NCBI RefSeq assembly: GCF_009914755.1
Contig: NC_060947.1
Strand: one strand, 5' to 3'
DNA length: 64,000 nucleotides
Origin: the human T2T-CHM13v2.0 reference genome, Homo sapiens
Shown here piece by piece: positions 26,401 to 38,900 of the stretch. The position numbers were made by a program, and so were the translations under genes. The notes beneath the pieces were generated by a model. The model worked only from the letters and a program-made list of their open reading frames with translations, searched no databases and had not been told where the DNA came from. How positions within the stretch are numbered: position 1 is the stretch's first letter; every line of letters starts with the position of its first letter.

Positions 26401-29400
26401 CCGGCTTTCACCCAGGGTGCCTGTCTCTCACACTGGGGCACCCCAAAGTGGCAAGGAAGCCCCCAGAGGAAGGGGACTTTGAGGCAGCCGGGGGAAAAAA
26501 GTGGCAAAGATGAGGGCTAGGCCTGTGTCATCCCACGGAAGACCGTGACTCCAAGCAGCCCTTGTGCTGGGCACGCGGGTTTTGTGGGTAACTGGCTTTC
26601 ACCCAGGGTGCATGTCTCACCCACGGGGGGCAACCCATAGTTGCAAGAATGCCCCCGGAGGAAGGGGAGGTTGAGGCAGTATGAGAAAAAAAGCGACTAG
26701 GGTGAGGACTAGGCCTGGGTCTTCCCACGGACGACCGTGACTTCCCAGCACCCTCTGCGCCAGGCCCGCAGGGGTCGCGGGGACACTGGCCTGCACCCTG
26801 GGTGGGTGACTTACCCAAGGAGGGCACCCCAAAATGGCAAGAAGGCCCCCAGAGGAAGGGGACATTGAGGCAGTTCATGAAAAGCAGCCACGAGGCCGAG
26901 GGCTAGGCCTGGGTCCTCCCACGGATGAACATGACTTCCCAGCAGCCCCTGCGCCATGTCCGTGGTATTCGTGGTGTCCCTGGCTTCTGTGCAGGATTCG
27001 TGTATCACCCAAGGGTGCATGTCTCACCCACGGGGGCACCCCATAGCGTTAAGAATGCCCCTGGGTGAAGGGGACGTTGAGGCACTTCAGGAAAAAAAGT
27101 GGCTAGGCCGAGGGCTAGGCCTGGGTTGTCCCATGGATGACCATGACTTCCCAACAGCCCCTGTGCTGGGCCCGTAGGGGTCGTGGGGTCCTTGCCTTTC
27201 ACCCAGGGTGTGTGTCTCGCCCAAGAGGAGCACCACATAAGGTCAAGAATCCCCCGGTGGAAAGGGGACATTGAGGAAGTTTGGGAAAAAAGCGGTGAGG
27301 CTGAGGGCTAGGCCTGGGTCCTCTTACGGACAACCGTGACATCCCAGTAGCCCCTGCGCTGCACCTGCAGGGGTCGTGGGATGCCTGCCTTTCACCCAGG
27401 GTGTGTGTCTCGCCCAAGGGGGGCACCACATAACGTCAAGAATTCCCCCATGGAAAGGGGACGTTTAGGCAGTTCGAGAAAAAAAGCGGCGAGGCCGAGG
27501 GCTAGGCCTGGGTCATCCCACAGATGACCGTGACATCCCAGCAGCCCCTGCGCCGGGCCCATGGGGGTCTCGGGGACCCTGGCCTGCACTCTTGGTGCTT
27601 GTCAAGCCCACAGGGGCACCGCAAATCGGCAAGGAGGCCCCCAGCGAAGTGGGACAATGAAGCAGCTCGGGAAAAACAGCGACAAGGCCAAGAGCTATGC
27701 CTGGATCCTTCCACAGATGACTGGGACATCCCAGCAGCCCCTGCTCCAGGCCCGCTTGGTTCATGAGGTGCCTGGACTGCACCCTGGGTGCGTGTCTTGA
27801 CCACAGGGGGCACCCCAAAGCAGCAAAGAGGTCCCCGGTGTAAGATGACGGTGAAGCAGCTTGGGAAAACAAGCAGCGAGGCCGAGGGCTATGCCTGGGT
27901 CATCCCACGGACGACATTGACTTCCCAGCAGCCCCTGTGTCTGGCCCACGGTGGTCAGGTCAGGGGGCTCCCTGGTTTTCACCCAGGGTGCAAGTCTCAG
28001 CCACAGAGGGCACCCCAGAGAAGCAAGAAGGCCCCCAGAGGAAGGGGATGTTGAAGCAGCTCAGGAAAAAGAGCAACGAGGCAGAGGGCTAGGCCTGGGT
28101 CGTCCCACGGGTGACCGTGACTTCCCAACAGACCCTGCTCCAGGCCCACGGTGGTCGTCGGGTCCCTGGCTTACACCCAGTGTATGTGTCTCGCCCATGG
28201 GGGTCACCCCAAAGTGGCTAGGAGGCCCCCAGGCCAATGGGACGTGGAGGCAGCTCTGGAAAAATAGGGGACAGGGCGAGGAATAGGCCTGGATCCTCCC
28301 AAGGATGTCCTTGTCTTCAAAGAAGCACCTGCGCTGGGCCCGCCGTGGTAGCAGGGACCATGGCCTGCACCTAGGGTGCGTACCTGTCCCACAGGGGCAC
28401 CCCAAAGTGGCAAGAATGCCCCCGGAGGAAGGAGACAATGAAGCAGTTTGGGAAAGGCAGCCGCGAGGCCAGGGCTAGGCCTGTGTCCTCCCACGGTTGA
28501 CCGTGACTTCCCTGCAGCCCGGCGCTGGGCCCGCAGTGGTCGTGGGTACCCAGGCTTTCACCCAGGGCACGTGTTTCACTTACTGGGGTCACCCCAAAAC
28601 GGGAAGAAGGCCCCCGGAAGAAGGGGACAATCAGGGAGCTCAGGAAAAACAGCAGCGAGGCCGAGTGCTAGGCCTGGGTCCTCTCATGGATGACTGTGAC
28701 TTCCCAGCAGCCCCTGTGCTGGGCCCGCGGGGGTCCTGGCATCACTGGCTTTCGCCAAGGATGCATGTCTCACCCACGGGGGGCTGGTGGGCACCCCAAA
28801 GCACCAAGAATGCCCTGGGTAAAGGAGACGCACATAAGGTTTTAAAGGGGACATTGAGGCATCTCGGGAAAAAAAGAGGCCAGGGTGAGGAATTGGCCTG
28901 GGTAATCCTATGGGTGACCGTGACTTCCCAGCAGCCCCTGCGCCGGGCCCGCGGGGGTCATGGGGTCCCTAGTTTTCACCCAGGGTGCATGTGTCGCCCA
29001 GGGGATTCACCACAAAGCAGCAAGAAGGCCCCCAGAGGAAGGAGACGTTGAAGCAGCTCAGGAAAAAAAAAGCGACGAGGCCTAGGGCTAGGCCTGGGTC
29101 GTCCCTCAGATGACCGTGATTTCCCAGCATCCCCTGCGCCAGGCCCGCGTGGGTGGCGTGGGCCCTGGCCTGCACCTGTCCCACGGGGGCACCCCAAATT
29201 GTCAAGACAGCCCCTGAGGGACATTGAGGCACTTTGGGAAAAGCAGCAGCTACTCCGAGGGCTAGGTCTGGTTCCTCCCACGGACGAACGTGATTTACCA
29301 GCAGCTCCTGCGCTGGGCCCGTGGGTGTCGTGGGGTCCCAGGATTGGACACAGGGTACGTGTCTTTCCCATGTGGGACACCCCAAATTGGTAAGAGGTCC

Positions 29401-30090
29401 CCTGGGAAAAAGAGACCGCACATAAGGCTTTAAACGGGATGTTGAGGCACCTCAAGGAAAGAAACGGCAAGACCGAGACCTAGGCCTGGGTCCTCACAGG
29501 AACGACTGCGACTTCCCAAAAGCACCTGCGCCATGCCCGCGAGGTTCGGGGGGACCCTGGCCTGCATCTTGGATGCGTACCTGTTTTACGGGGGCACCCC
29601 AAGCATCAAGAAGGGGACATTGATGCAGTTCGGGGAAAAAAAAGTGGCCAGGGCAAGGACTAGGCCTGGGTCCTCCCACAGATGACTGTGACTTCCCAGC
29701 AGCCCCTGCGCCCGGCCCTCCAGGGTCGCAGAGTCCTGGCCGGCACCCTGGGTGCGTACCTGCTTCACGGGGTGCACCCCAAAGGGTCAAGAAGGCCCCG
29801 AGGGAAAACTACGTTGACGCAGTTCAGGAAAAGCAGCGGCAAGGCAGAGGGCTAGGCCTGGGTCATTTCATGGATGACCGTGACTTCCCAGCAGCCCCTG
29901 CACCAGGCCCGCTGGGGTCTTTGAGGAAGCTTGGGAAAAACACCGATGAGGCCGAGGGCTAGGCGGCACCCCAAGTCGGCAAGAAAGCCCCCGGACAAAG
30001 GGGACTTTGAGGCAGCTCATGAAAAGAAGCCGCCAGGGCGAGGACTAGGCCTGGGTCATCCCAGGGAGGACTGTGAATTCCCAGAAGCCC
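20426..30090 (-). repeat. Gamma satellite, ~195-bp subtype, inverted (block B, about 50 units)
   Basis: Reads GAGGGCTAGGCCTGGGTCCTCCCACGGATGACCGTGACTTCCCAGCAGCCCCTG, the reverse complement of block A. Confidence 0.85.
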
Positions 30091-31118
30091 TCGGCCTCGC
30101 TGCTGCTTTTCGTGAATTGCCTCAACATCCCCTTCCCCCGGGGGCCTTCTTGACGATTTGGGGTGTCCCCCGTGGGACAGGTACACACCCAGGGTGCAGG
30201 CCAGGGTCTTTGCGACCCCCTTGGGCCTGGCGCAGGGGCTGCTGGGAAGTCAAGGTCGTACGTGGGACAAACCAGACCTAGCCCTCGGCCTTGAGGCTGT
30301 TTTTACGGAGCTGCCTCAAGGTCCCCTTCCCCCTGGGGGCGTGCTGGACACTTTGGGTTGCCCCCCATGGGCGAGACACGCATCCTGGGGGAAAGCCAGG
30401 GACCCCCAAGACCCCCGCGGGACCGGCGCGGGAACTGCTGAGATGTCACGGTTGTCCCTTGGAAGACCCAGGCCTAGTCCTCGGCCTCGCCACTTCTTTT
30501 CCCAAGGTGCCTCAACGTCCCCTTTAAAGCCTTAGGTGCGGTCTTTTTCCGAGGGCATTATTGCCGCTTTGGGGTGCCCACCATGAACAAGACACACACC
30601 CACAGTGCAAGCCAGAGAGCCCACGACCCGCGCGGGCCCTGCGCAGGGGCTGCTGGGAAGTCACAGTCATTCGTGAGAGAACACAGGCCTAGTCCTCGCC
30701 CTGGCTGCTTTTTTTCCAGAGCTGCTTCAATGTCCCCTTTCCCCGGGTACCTTCTTGCCGCCTTTGGGAGTCCTCCGTGGGCGACACATGCACCCTGGGT
30801 GAAAGCCAGGGACCCTACTGCCCCCGCGGGCCCTGCACAGTGGCTGCTGGGAAGTCACGGTCATCCGTGGGTGGACCCTGATCTAGTCCTCACCTTGGCG
30901 GCTTTTTTTTTCTTGAACTGCCTCAAAGTCCCCTTCCACCAGGGGCCTTCTTCCCGTTTTGGGGTGCCCCCCATGGGTGAGACACTCACCGTGGATGAAA
31001 GCCAGGGACCCCACGACCCCCACAAGTCCAGCGCAGGAGCTGCTGGTAAGTCACATTCCTCCCTGGAAGGACCCAGGCCTAGCCCTCAGCCTCGCCGCTT
31101 GTTTTCCCGAGGTGCCTC
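30086..31118 (+). repeat. Gamma satellite, ~195-bp subtype (block C)
   Basis: Forward orientation resumes at agccctcggcctcgc; about 5 units with gctgggaagtcac...cccaggcctag. Confidence 0.8.
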
Positions 31119-34100
31119 CAGGGGACGACAACAGCCTCTCTCTTGGCCTCGCCGCTTTTTAACCCAGGCTACCTCAACGTCCCCTTGAAAGCCTGGTATC
31201 CTTTCCAAGTTGCCTGGGAAACTTCCTGCCACTCTGGGATGCGCCCTGTGGGGAAGACACGCACCCTGGGTGAAAGCCAGGGACTAGATGATCCCCTGGG
31301 TCCCATGCAGGGGCTGCCGGGAATGCAATGGTCTCCGGAGAAGACAAATGCCTCGTTTTTGGCCTTGCCGCTTTTTTCCCCACGCTGCCTCAACGTCCCC
31401 CTGAAAGCCTGGTGTCCTGTCCCCGTTTCCCAGTGGATATTTTTTTGTTTTGGGGTGCACCCCGTGGGGTGACACACACCCTGGGTGAAAGCCAGGGACT
31501 CCACCACCACCTCGTGCCCGGTGCAGGACCTGCCGGGAAGGCACTGGCCTTTGTGGGAGGAACACAGCCTCCTCCTAGCACTCGTCTCTTTTTTCCTCGG
31601 GCTGCCTCAACATCCCCCTGAAAGCCTGGATTGCTGTCCCCGTTTCCTGGGGAAATTATTTTTGATTTGGTGTTCCCCCTTTGGAGGAGACGCACACCCT
31701 GAATGAAGTCTATGGACCCCACGACTCCCCACACCCAGCCCCGGCAAAGGGGCTGCCGAGAACACACTGGCCTCCGTGGGAGGAGCCTAGCCTCCTCCTC
31801 GGCCTAGCTGCTTGTTTCCCCGGGCTGCCTCAACGTCCTCCTGAAACCCTCGTATCCTGTTCCAGTCCCCTGGGTACTTCTTGTTGCTTTGGGGCGCCCC
31901 CTGTGGGGGAAACACACACCCTGGGTGAAAGCCAGGGACTCCACGTCCCCCCCAGCCTGGCCCAGGGGCTGCTGGAAAGGCTCTGGCCTGCGGGGGAGTA
32001 CACCAGCCTGCTCCTCGGCCTCGCCCCTTTTTTCACCGGGCAGCCTCAACGTCACCCTGAAAGCCTGGTGTCCTTTCCCCGTCCACGGAGGGACTTCTTG
32101 CTGCTTTGGGGTGCCCCGAGCGAAGGCAACGTGTGCCCTGGGCAAAAGCCAGGTACGCCACGACCCCCAGTGGCCCAGCACAGGGGCTGCCGGGAAGCCA
32201 CTGGCCTCCGGAGGATGACTCCAGCCTCCTACTCCGCCTCTCCGCTTTTTTCCCCTGGCTATCTCAATGCCCCCTGAAAGCCTGACGTCCTGTCACCCTC
32301 TCTAGGGGCACTTTTGGTCGCTTTGGAGTGCCCGGTGTGGCAGGAGCTGCTGGGAAGGCACTGGCCTCCGTGGGACAACAACAGCCTCCTCCTTGGCCTC
32401 GCCGATTTTTACCCTGGGAGTCCTCAACGTCCCCCTGAAAGCCTGGCTTCCTTTTCATGTTTCCTGGGAAATTTGTTGCCACTTTGGGGTGTGCCCTGTG
32501 GGGAAGACACGCACCCTGGATGAAAGCCAGGGACTACATGACCCCCGGGGTTTCATGCAGGGGCTGCCAGGAAGGCAATGGTCTCTTGGGAAGAAAACAG
32601 CCTCGTCCTCGGCCTCACCGCTTTTTTCCCTGCACTGCCTCAACGTCCCCCTGAAAGCCTGGTGTCCTGTTCCCGTTTCCGGGGGATTGATTTTTGCTTT
32701 GGTGTGCACCCTGTGGGGTGACACAAACCCTGGGTGAAAGCCAGGGACTCCACGACCACCCCGGGCTGGTGCAGGACGTGCCGAGAAGGCACTGGCCTTT
32801 GGGGAAGGACCACAGCCTCCTCCTAGCCCTCGCCTCTTTCTTCCTCGGGCTGCCTCAACATCCGCCTGAAAGCCTGGCATGCTGTCTCTTTCCTGGGGGA
32901 ATTATTTCCGCTTTGGTGTGCCCCCTTTGGGGGAGACGCACACACTGAATGAAGGTCAGGGACTCCACGATCCCCCCCCACCCGCCAGGCCCGGCAAAGG
33001 GGCTGCCGAGAACACACTGGCCTCCACGGCAGGACCCCAGCCTCCTCCTCTGCCTTGCGGTTTCTTTCCCCAGGCTGCCTCAGTGTCTCCCTGAAACCCT
33101 GGCGTCCTGGCCCTGTCCCCTGGGGACTTCTTGCGGCTTTGACGTGCCCCCCATGGGGGAGACACGCACCCTGGGTGAAAGCCAGGGACTCCACCACTCC
33201 CCCCCCCGCCAGGGACAGCGCAGGGGATGCCGGTGAGGCACTGGCATCTGGGGGAGGACCCCAGCCTCCTCCTCAGCCTCGCCACTTTTTTTCCCGGGCT
33301 TCCTCCATGTCCCCTTTAAAGTCTGGCGTCCTGTTTCCATCCCTGGGGGACTTCTGGCCACTTTGGGGGTGCCCCTGTTGGGGGAAAAATGCACCCTGGG
33401 TGAAAGCCAGGGACTCCACGTCCCACCCGGTGCGGCGCAGGGGCTGCTGGGAAAGCACTGGCCTGAGGGGGAGTACACCAGCTTGCTCCTTGGTTTTGCT
33501 ACTTTTTTCACAGGGCTGCCTTAACATCCCCCTGATAGCCTGGTGTCCTCTCCCCATCCCATGGGGTACTTCTTGCTGCTTTGGGATGCCACCAGTAGGG
33601 GAAACACGCAACATGGGTGATAGCCAGGGACTCCACAACCCTCCCGGGTCCTGCGCAGGAGTTGCTGGAAAGGCACTGGCCTCCCAGGGGAACCTTAGCC
33701 TCCTCGGCCACTGCGCTTTTTTCCCCGTGCTGCCTTAACATCCCCCTGAAAGCCTGGCTTCCTGTCCTCGTCTGCCCGGGGAATTCTTTCCACTTTGGTG
33801 TGACCCCCGTGGAGTGACACGCACCCTGGGTGAAAGCCAGGGACCCAACGAAGGGTCGGGCCTGGCACTGAAGCTTCTGGGAAGGCACTGACCTCTGGGG
33901 TAGCGTCCCAGCTTCCTCCTCAGCCTCAGCGCTGTTTTCTCTGGGCTGCCTCAATGTCCCGCTGAAATCCTGGCATCATGTCCCCATCCCCTGAGGGACT
34001 TCTTGATGCTTTGGGGTGCTCCCTGTGGGGGCGACACGCGCCCTGGGTGAAAGCCAGGGACTCCACGACCCCTCATGGCCCGATGCAGGGCTTGGTGGGA

Positions 34101-35988
34101 AGGCACTAGAATTTGGGGGAACAACCCAGCCTCCTCCTCGGCCTCGCTGCTTTTTTCCCCGGGCTGCCTTAATGCCACCTGAAAACTTGATGTCCTGTCA
34201 CCATCTCCAGGGTATCTTCTTGCTGCTTTGGGGTGCCACCCGTTGGAGAGGCATGCACCCTAGGGGAATGCCGGGGACTCCATGAACCCCTGAGGCCCTG
34301 CGCAGGGGCTGCCGGGAAGGCACTGGGTTCTTGGGGAGGACCACAGTCTCCTCCTCGGCCCGTCCCTTTTTACCTCAGGCTGCCTCAACCTCTCCCTGAA
34401 AGCCTGGCGTCCATTCCCCATTTCCTGGGAAACATCTTGTCGCTTTGGGGTGCGCCCCGTGAAGGAGACACGCTGGGTGAAAGCCAGGGACTCCACAACC
34501 ACCCCCCGCCCCCACCCCGGGCCCAGTGCAGGGGCTGCCGTGAAGGCACTGGCCTCCCTGGGAGTACCCCAGCTTCCTGCTTTGCCTCAGTGTTTTTTTC
34601 CCTGGGCTGCCTGAATGTCCCCCTGAAAGCCTGGTGTCATGTCCCCATACCCCCAGGGACTTCTTGCCACTTTGTGTTGCCCCCCACTGTGGGAAGGACA
34701 CGCACCCTGGGTGAAGGACAGGGACTCCAACACACCCCCAGGTGCCATGCAGGGGCTGCTGGGAAGGCTATGGTCTCCGGAGAAGACACCAGTCTCCTTG
34801 GCCTCGTCGCTTTTTTCCCAAGGCTGCCTCAACATCTCCCTGAAAGCCTTGAGTCCTGTCCTCGTCCCCCAAGGGACTTCTTTTTGCTTTGGTGTGCTCC
34901 CCGTGGAGTGACACGCACACTGGGTGAAAGGCAGGGAATCCACGACCCCTGCAGGCCCCGCACAGAGGCTGCCGGAAATGCACTGGCTCTTGGGGAGGAC
35001 CCCAGCCGTCTCGGCCTCGCCTCTTGTTTCCCAGGCTGCCTAAATGTCCCCCTGAAAGCCTGGCGTACTGTCCCCATTCCCTAAGGTACTTCTTGTCACT
35101 TTGGGGTGCCCCAAGTGGGGAAGACACACAAACTGGGTGAAAGCCAGCGACTCCATGACCCCCTTGGCCCTGGCGCAGGAGATGCTGGAAAGGCACTGGC
35201 CTCCGGGAAGAACCCCAGCCTCCTCGGCCTCACTGCTTTTTTCCCTGGATTGCTTTAAAGTGCCCCTGAAAGCCTGGCGTCCTGTCCCCATCCCCGGGGG
35301 GACTTCTTGGCACTTTGGGGTAACCCCCGTCGGGAAGACACGCACCCTGGGTGAAAGCCAGGGACTCCACGCCCCCCACCCCCAACCAGGCCCGGCACAG
35401 GGAATGCCGGGAAGGCACTGGCCTCTGGGTGAGGACCCCAGCCTCCTGCTTGGCCTAGCCACTTTTGTCCCCGGGCTGCCTCAATGTCCCCCTGAAAGCC
35501 TGGCATCCTGTCCCCGTCCCCTGGGGTACTTTTCACGCCTTTTGGGCGCCCCCTCCTGTGGTAGAAGCCCGCACTCTGAGTGAAAGCCAGAAAAGCCGTG
35601 ACCCCCCGGGGCCTGGCGCAGAGGCTGCTGGGAAGGAACTGGCCTCCATGGAAGTGCCCCAGCCTTCTTGCCCTCCCGGCTTTTTTCCCCCGGCTGTCTC
35701 AGTGTCCCACTGAAAGCCTGGCGTCATATCCCCATCCCCCGGGAAACTTCATGCCCCTTTGGGGTGCCCCCCGTGGGGAAGACACGCACCCTGGGTGAAA
35801 GCTAGGGACTCCATGAACACCCCGGGCCCAGCACAGGGGCTGCCCAGAAAGCACTGGCCTCCAGGGAAGACACCAGCCTCCTCCTCAGCCTCGCCCCTTT
35901 TTTCCCTGGGCTGCCTCAACGTCCCCCTTAAAGCCTTGTGTCCTGTCCTTGTTTCTCAGGGAACTTCTTGTTGCTTTGGGGTGACCCT
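31119..35988 (+). repeat. Gamma satellite, ~217-bp subtype (block D; GSAT-like)
   Basis: Unit carries GGGAAGGCACTGGCCTCC and CCCCTGAAAGCCTGG; tgaaagcc at 31186, 31402 and 31619 (216-217 bp spacing). Confidence 0.85.
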
Positions 35989-38900
35989 GTGCCTTCTGAG
36001 GGAGAGACACGCACACCGGGTGGTAGCCAGAGTTTCCACAACCCCCCCCCCCCCCGGGTCAGGCGCAGGGGCTTTCGGGAAGTCCCTGACCTCTGGCAGA
36101 ACACCCTGGCTTCTTCAACCTCCCCCTGAAAGCCTGGCCACCTGAATCCGTCCTCCGCAGGACTTCTTGCTGCTTTGGGGTGCCTTTGGTGGGAGAGACA
36201 TGCACACCGGGTGGGAGCCAGGGACTCCATGACCCCCCGCCAGGTGGGGCACGAGGCTGCTGGGAAAACCCTGACTTCTGGCAGGGCACCCCGGGTTTTC
36301 AACATCTCCATGAAACCCTGGCCACCTGTCTTTGTCCCTGGGAAACTTCTAGCCTATTTGGGTTGCCTTGGATAAGACAGAGATGCCCCCCAGGTGGTAG
36401 CCAGTGACTACATGACCTCCCTGGGTTGGGTGCAGTATCTGCCAGGAAGGTCCTGACTTCCAGTGGGGCACACTGGCCTCGTCTTTGCCATTAAGGCTTT
36501 TGTCCTAGGCCTGCCTCAACCTCCCCGTGAAAGCCTGGCCGCCTGTATCCATCCCCCGGGGGGCATCTGGCCACTTTTGGGTGCCTTTGGTGGGAGAGAC
36601 AGGCACCCCAGGTCAAGTGCAAGAGCCACCGAGAAGGCCCTTACCTCTGGTGGGGCACTCAGCCTCCTCAACCTCCCCCTGAAAGCCTGGCCGCCTGTGT
36701 CCATCCACTGGGGGACTTCTGGCCACTTTGGGGTGCCTTCAGTGGGAGAGACATGCACCCCACTTGGGAACCAGGGACTCCACGGACCCCCCGTGTCAAG
36801 TGCGGGTGCTGCTGGGAAGGTCTTGACCTCCAGCTGGTCACCCCAGCCTGCTCAACCTCACCCTGAAAGCCTGGCCGCCTGCTTTCGTTCCCCTGGGGAT
36901 TTCTCACCACTTTGAGGTTTTTTCGGTGGGACAGACACCCACCCCGGGTGGGGGTCAGAAACTCAACCACCCCACCAGGTCAGGCACTGAAGCTGTTGGG
37001 AAGGCCATGACCTCTAGCAGTGCACCCCGGCCTTCTCAACCTCCCCCTGAAAGTCTTGTTGCCTGGGGGAATTCTGGCTGCTTTGGTGTGCCTTCAGTGG
37101 GAGAAACAGGCACCCTGGGTGAAAGTCAGTTACTCCATGACCCCGACGGAGTGGGCTCAGCTTCTGCCAGGAAGGCCCTGACCTCTGACGGGGCACCCCG
37201 GCATCTGCTTTGGCCTTGCCGTGATTGTCCCAGGCCTGCCTCACCCTCCACTTGAAAGCCTGGCCGCCTGTCTCTGTCCCCCAGGGGACATTTTGCAGCT
37301 TTGAGGTGCCTTCTGTGGGAGAGACATGCACCCCAGGTGGGAGCCAGGGACTCCACGAACCCCGTGATGGGTTCAGGTGATGTCAGGAAGGCCCTAACCT
37401 CTGGGAGGAACCCCAGCCTCCTAAACCTCCCCCTGAAAGCCAGGCCGTCTGTCTCCTTGCCCCAGTGGACTTCATGACATTTTGGCATGCATTCAGTGGG
37501 AGAGACTTGCACCCTGGGTAGGAGCCAGGGACTCCACAACACCCCCTGGTCTGGCACCAGGGCTGCCAGGAAGGCCCCAACCTCTGGTGGGGCACATTGA
37601 ACTCTTCTTTGGCCTTGCCGCTTTGGTCCCAGGCCAGCCTCAACCACTTCCTGAAAGCCTGGCCGCCTGTTTCCGTCCCCCGGGGGACTTCCTGTGCTTT
37701 GGGGTGCCTTCAGTGGGAGAGACTTGCACCCTGGGTGGCAGCCAGGGACTCCAGGATCCCCCTGCCTCGGGCGCAGGGGCTGCTGGGAAGGCCCTGATCT
37801 CTGGCGAAGCACCCCGGCCTCCTGAACCTACTCCTGAAAACCTGGCCATCTGTCTCCGTCCTCTGGGGGACTTCTTGCCACGTTGGGATGAATTTGACAG
37901 GAGACACGCACCTTGGGTGGAAGCCAGGGACTCCACGACCACCCCATGTCGGGCGAAGGGGCCGCCAGGAAGGCCCTGACCTCCGTCAGGGCACCCTGCC
38001 CTTTCCTTTGGCTTCGCCGCTTTTGTCCCAGGCCTGCCTCAACCTTTCCCTGAAAGCATGGCCTCCTTTCTCCGCTCCCCGGGGGACTTCTTCCCACCTT
38101 GGGGTGCCTAAGTTGAAAAAAACACGTACCCAGGGAGGGAGCCACAGACTCCAAGCCCCCCCACACCCCGGTCAAGTGCGAGGACTGCCAGGAAGGCCCT
38201 GAATTCAGGCGTGGCACCCTGGCCTCCTCAACTTCCCCGTGAAAGCTTGGTCACCCATCCCCGTTCCCTGGGGGACTTCTTCCCGGCTTTGGGGTGCCTT
38301 CAGTGAGAGAGACAAGCAGGCCGGGTGAAAGCCAGGTACTCCACAACACCTCCGGGTCAGGCACCAGGGCTGCTGGGAAGGCCCTGACCTCTGGCGGGGC
38401 ACCCCGGTCTCCTGTTTGGCCTCACCACTTTTCTCCGAGGCCTGCCTCAACCTCCCCCTTTAAGCCTGGCCGCCTGTCTCTGTTCTCCAGGGGACTTCTT
38501 GCTGCTTTAGATGCCATCGGTGGGAAAGACACGCACCACAGGTGGGAGCCAGGGACTCTACGACCACACCGGTAGGCCGTGGAAAAGGCCCTGACCTTTG
38601 GTGGGGCACCCCGGCCTCCTCTTTGGCCTCGCCACTTCTGTCCCAGGCCTGCCTCTACCTCCCCCTGAATGCCTGGCGGCCTATCTCCAACCCCCAGGGG
38701 AAATCTTGCCACTTTGTGGTACCTTCGGTGGGAGAGGCACACAACCCCGGAGGGAGCCAGGGACTCCACAACCCCCCCGGGTTGGGCGCGGGGCTGCCAG
38801 GAAGGTCATGACCTCCAGTAGGGGACCCCAGCCTCCTCATGGGCCTCACCTCTTTTGTCCCAGGCCTGCCTCCACCTCTCCTTGAAAGCCTGGCCACCTG

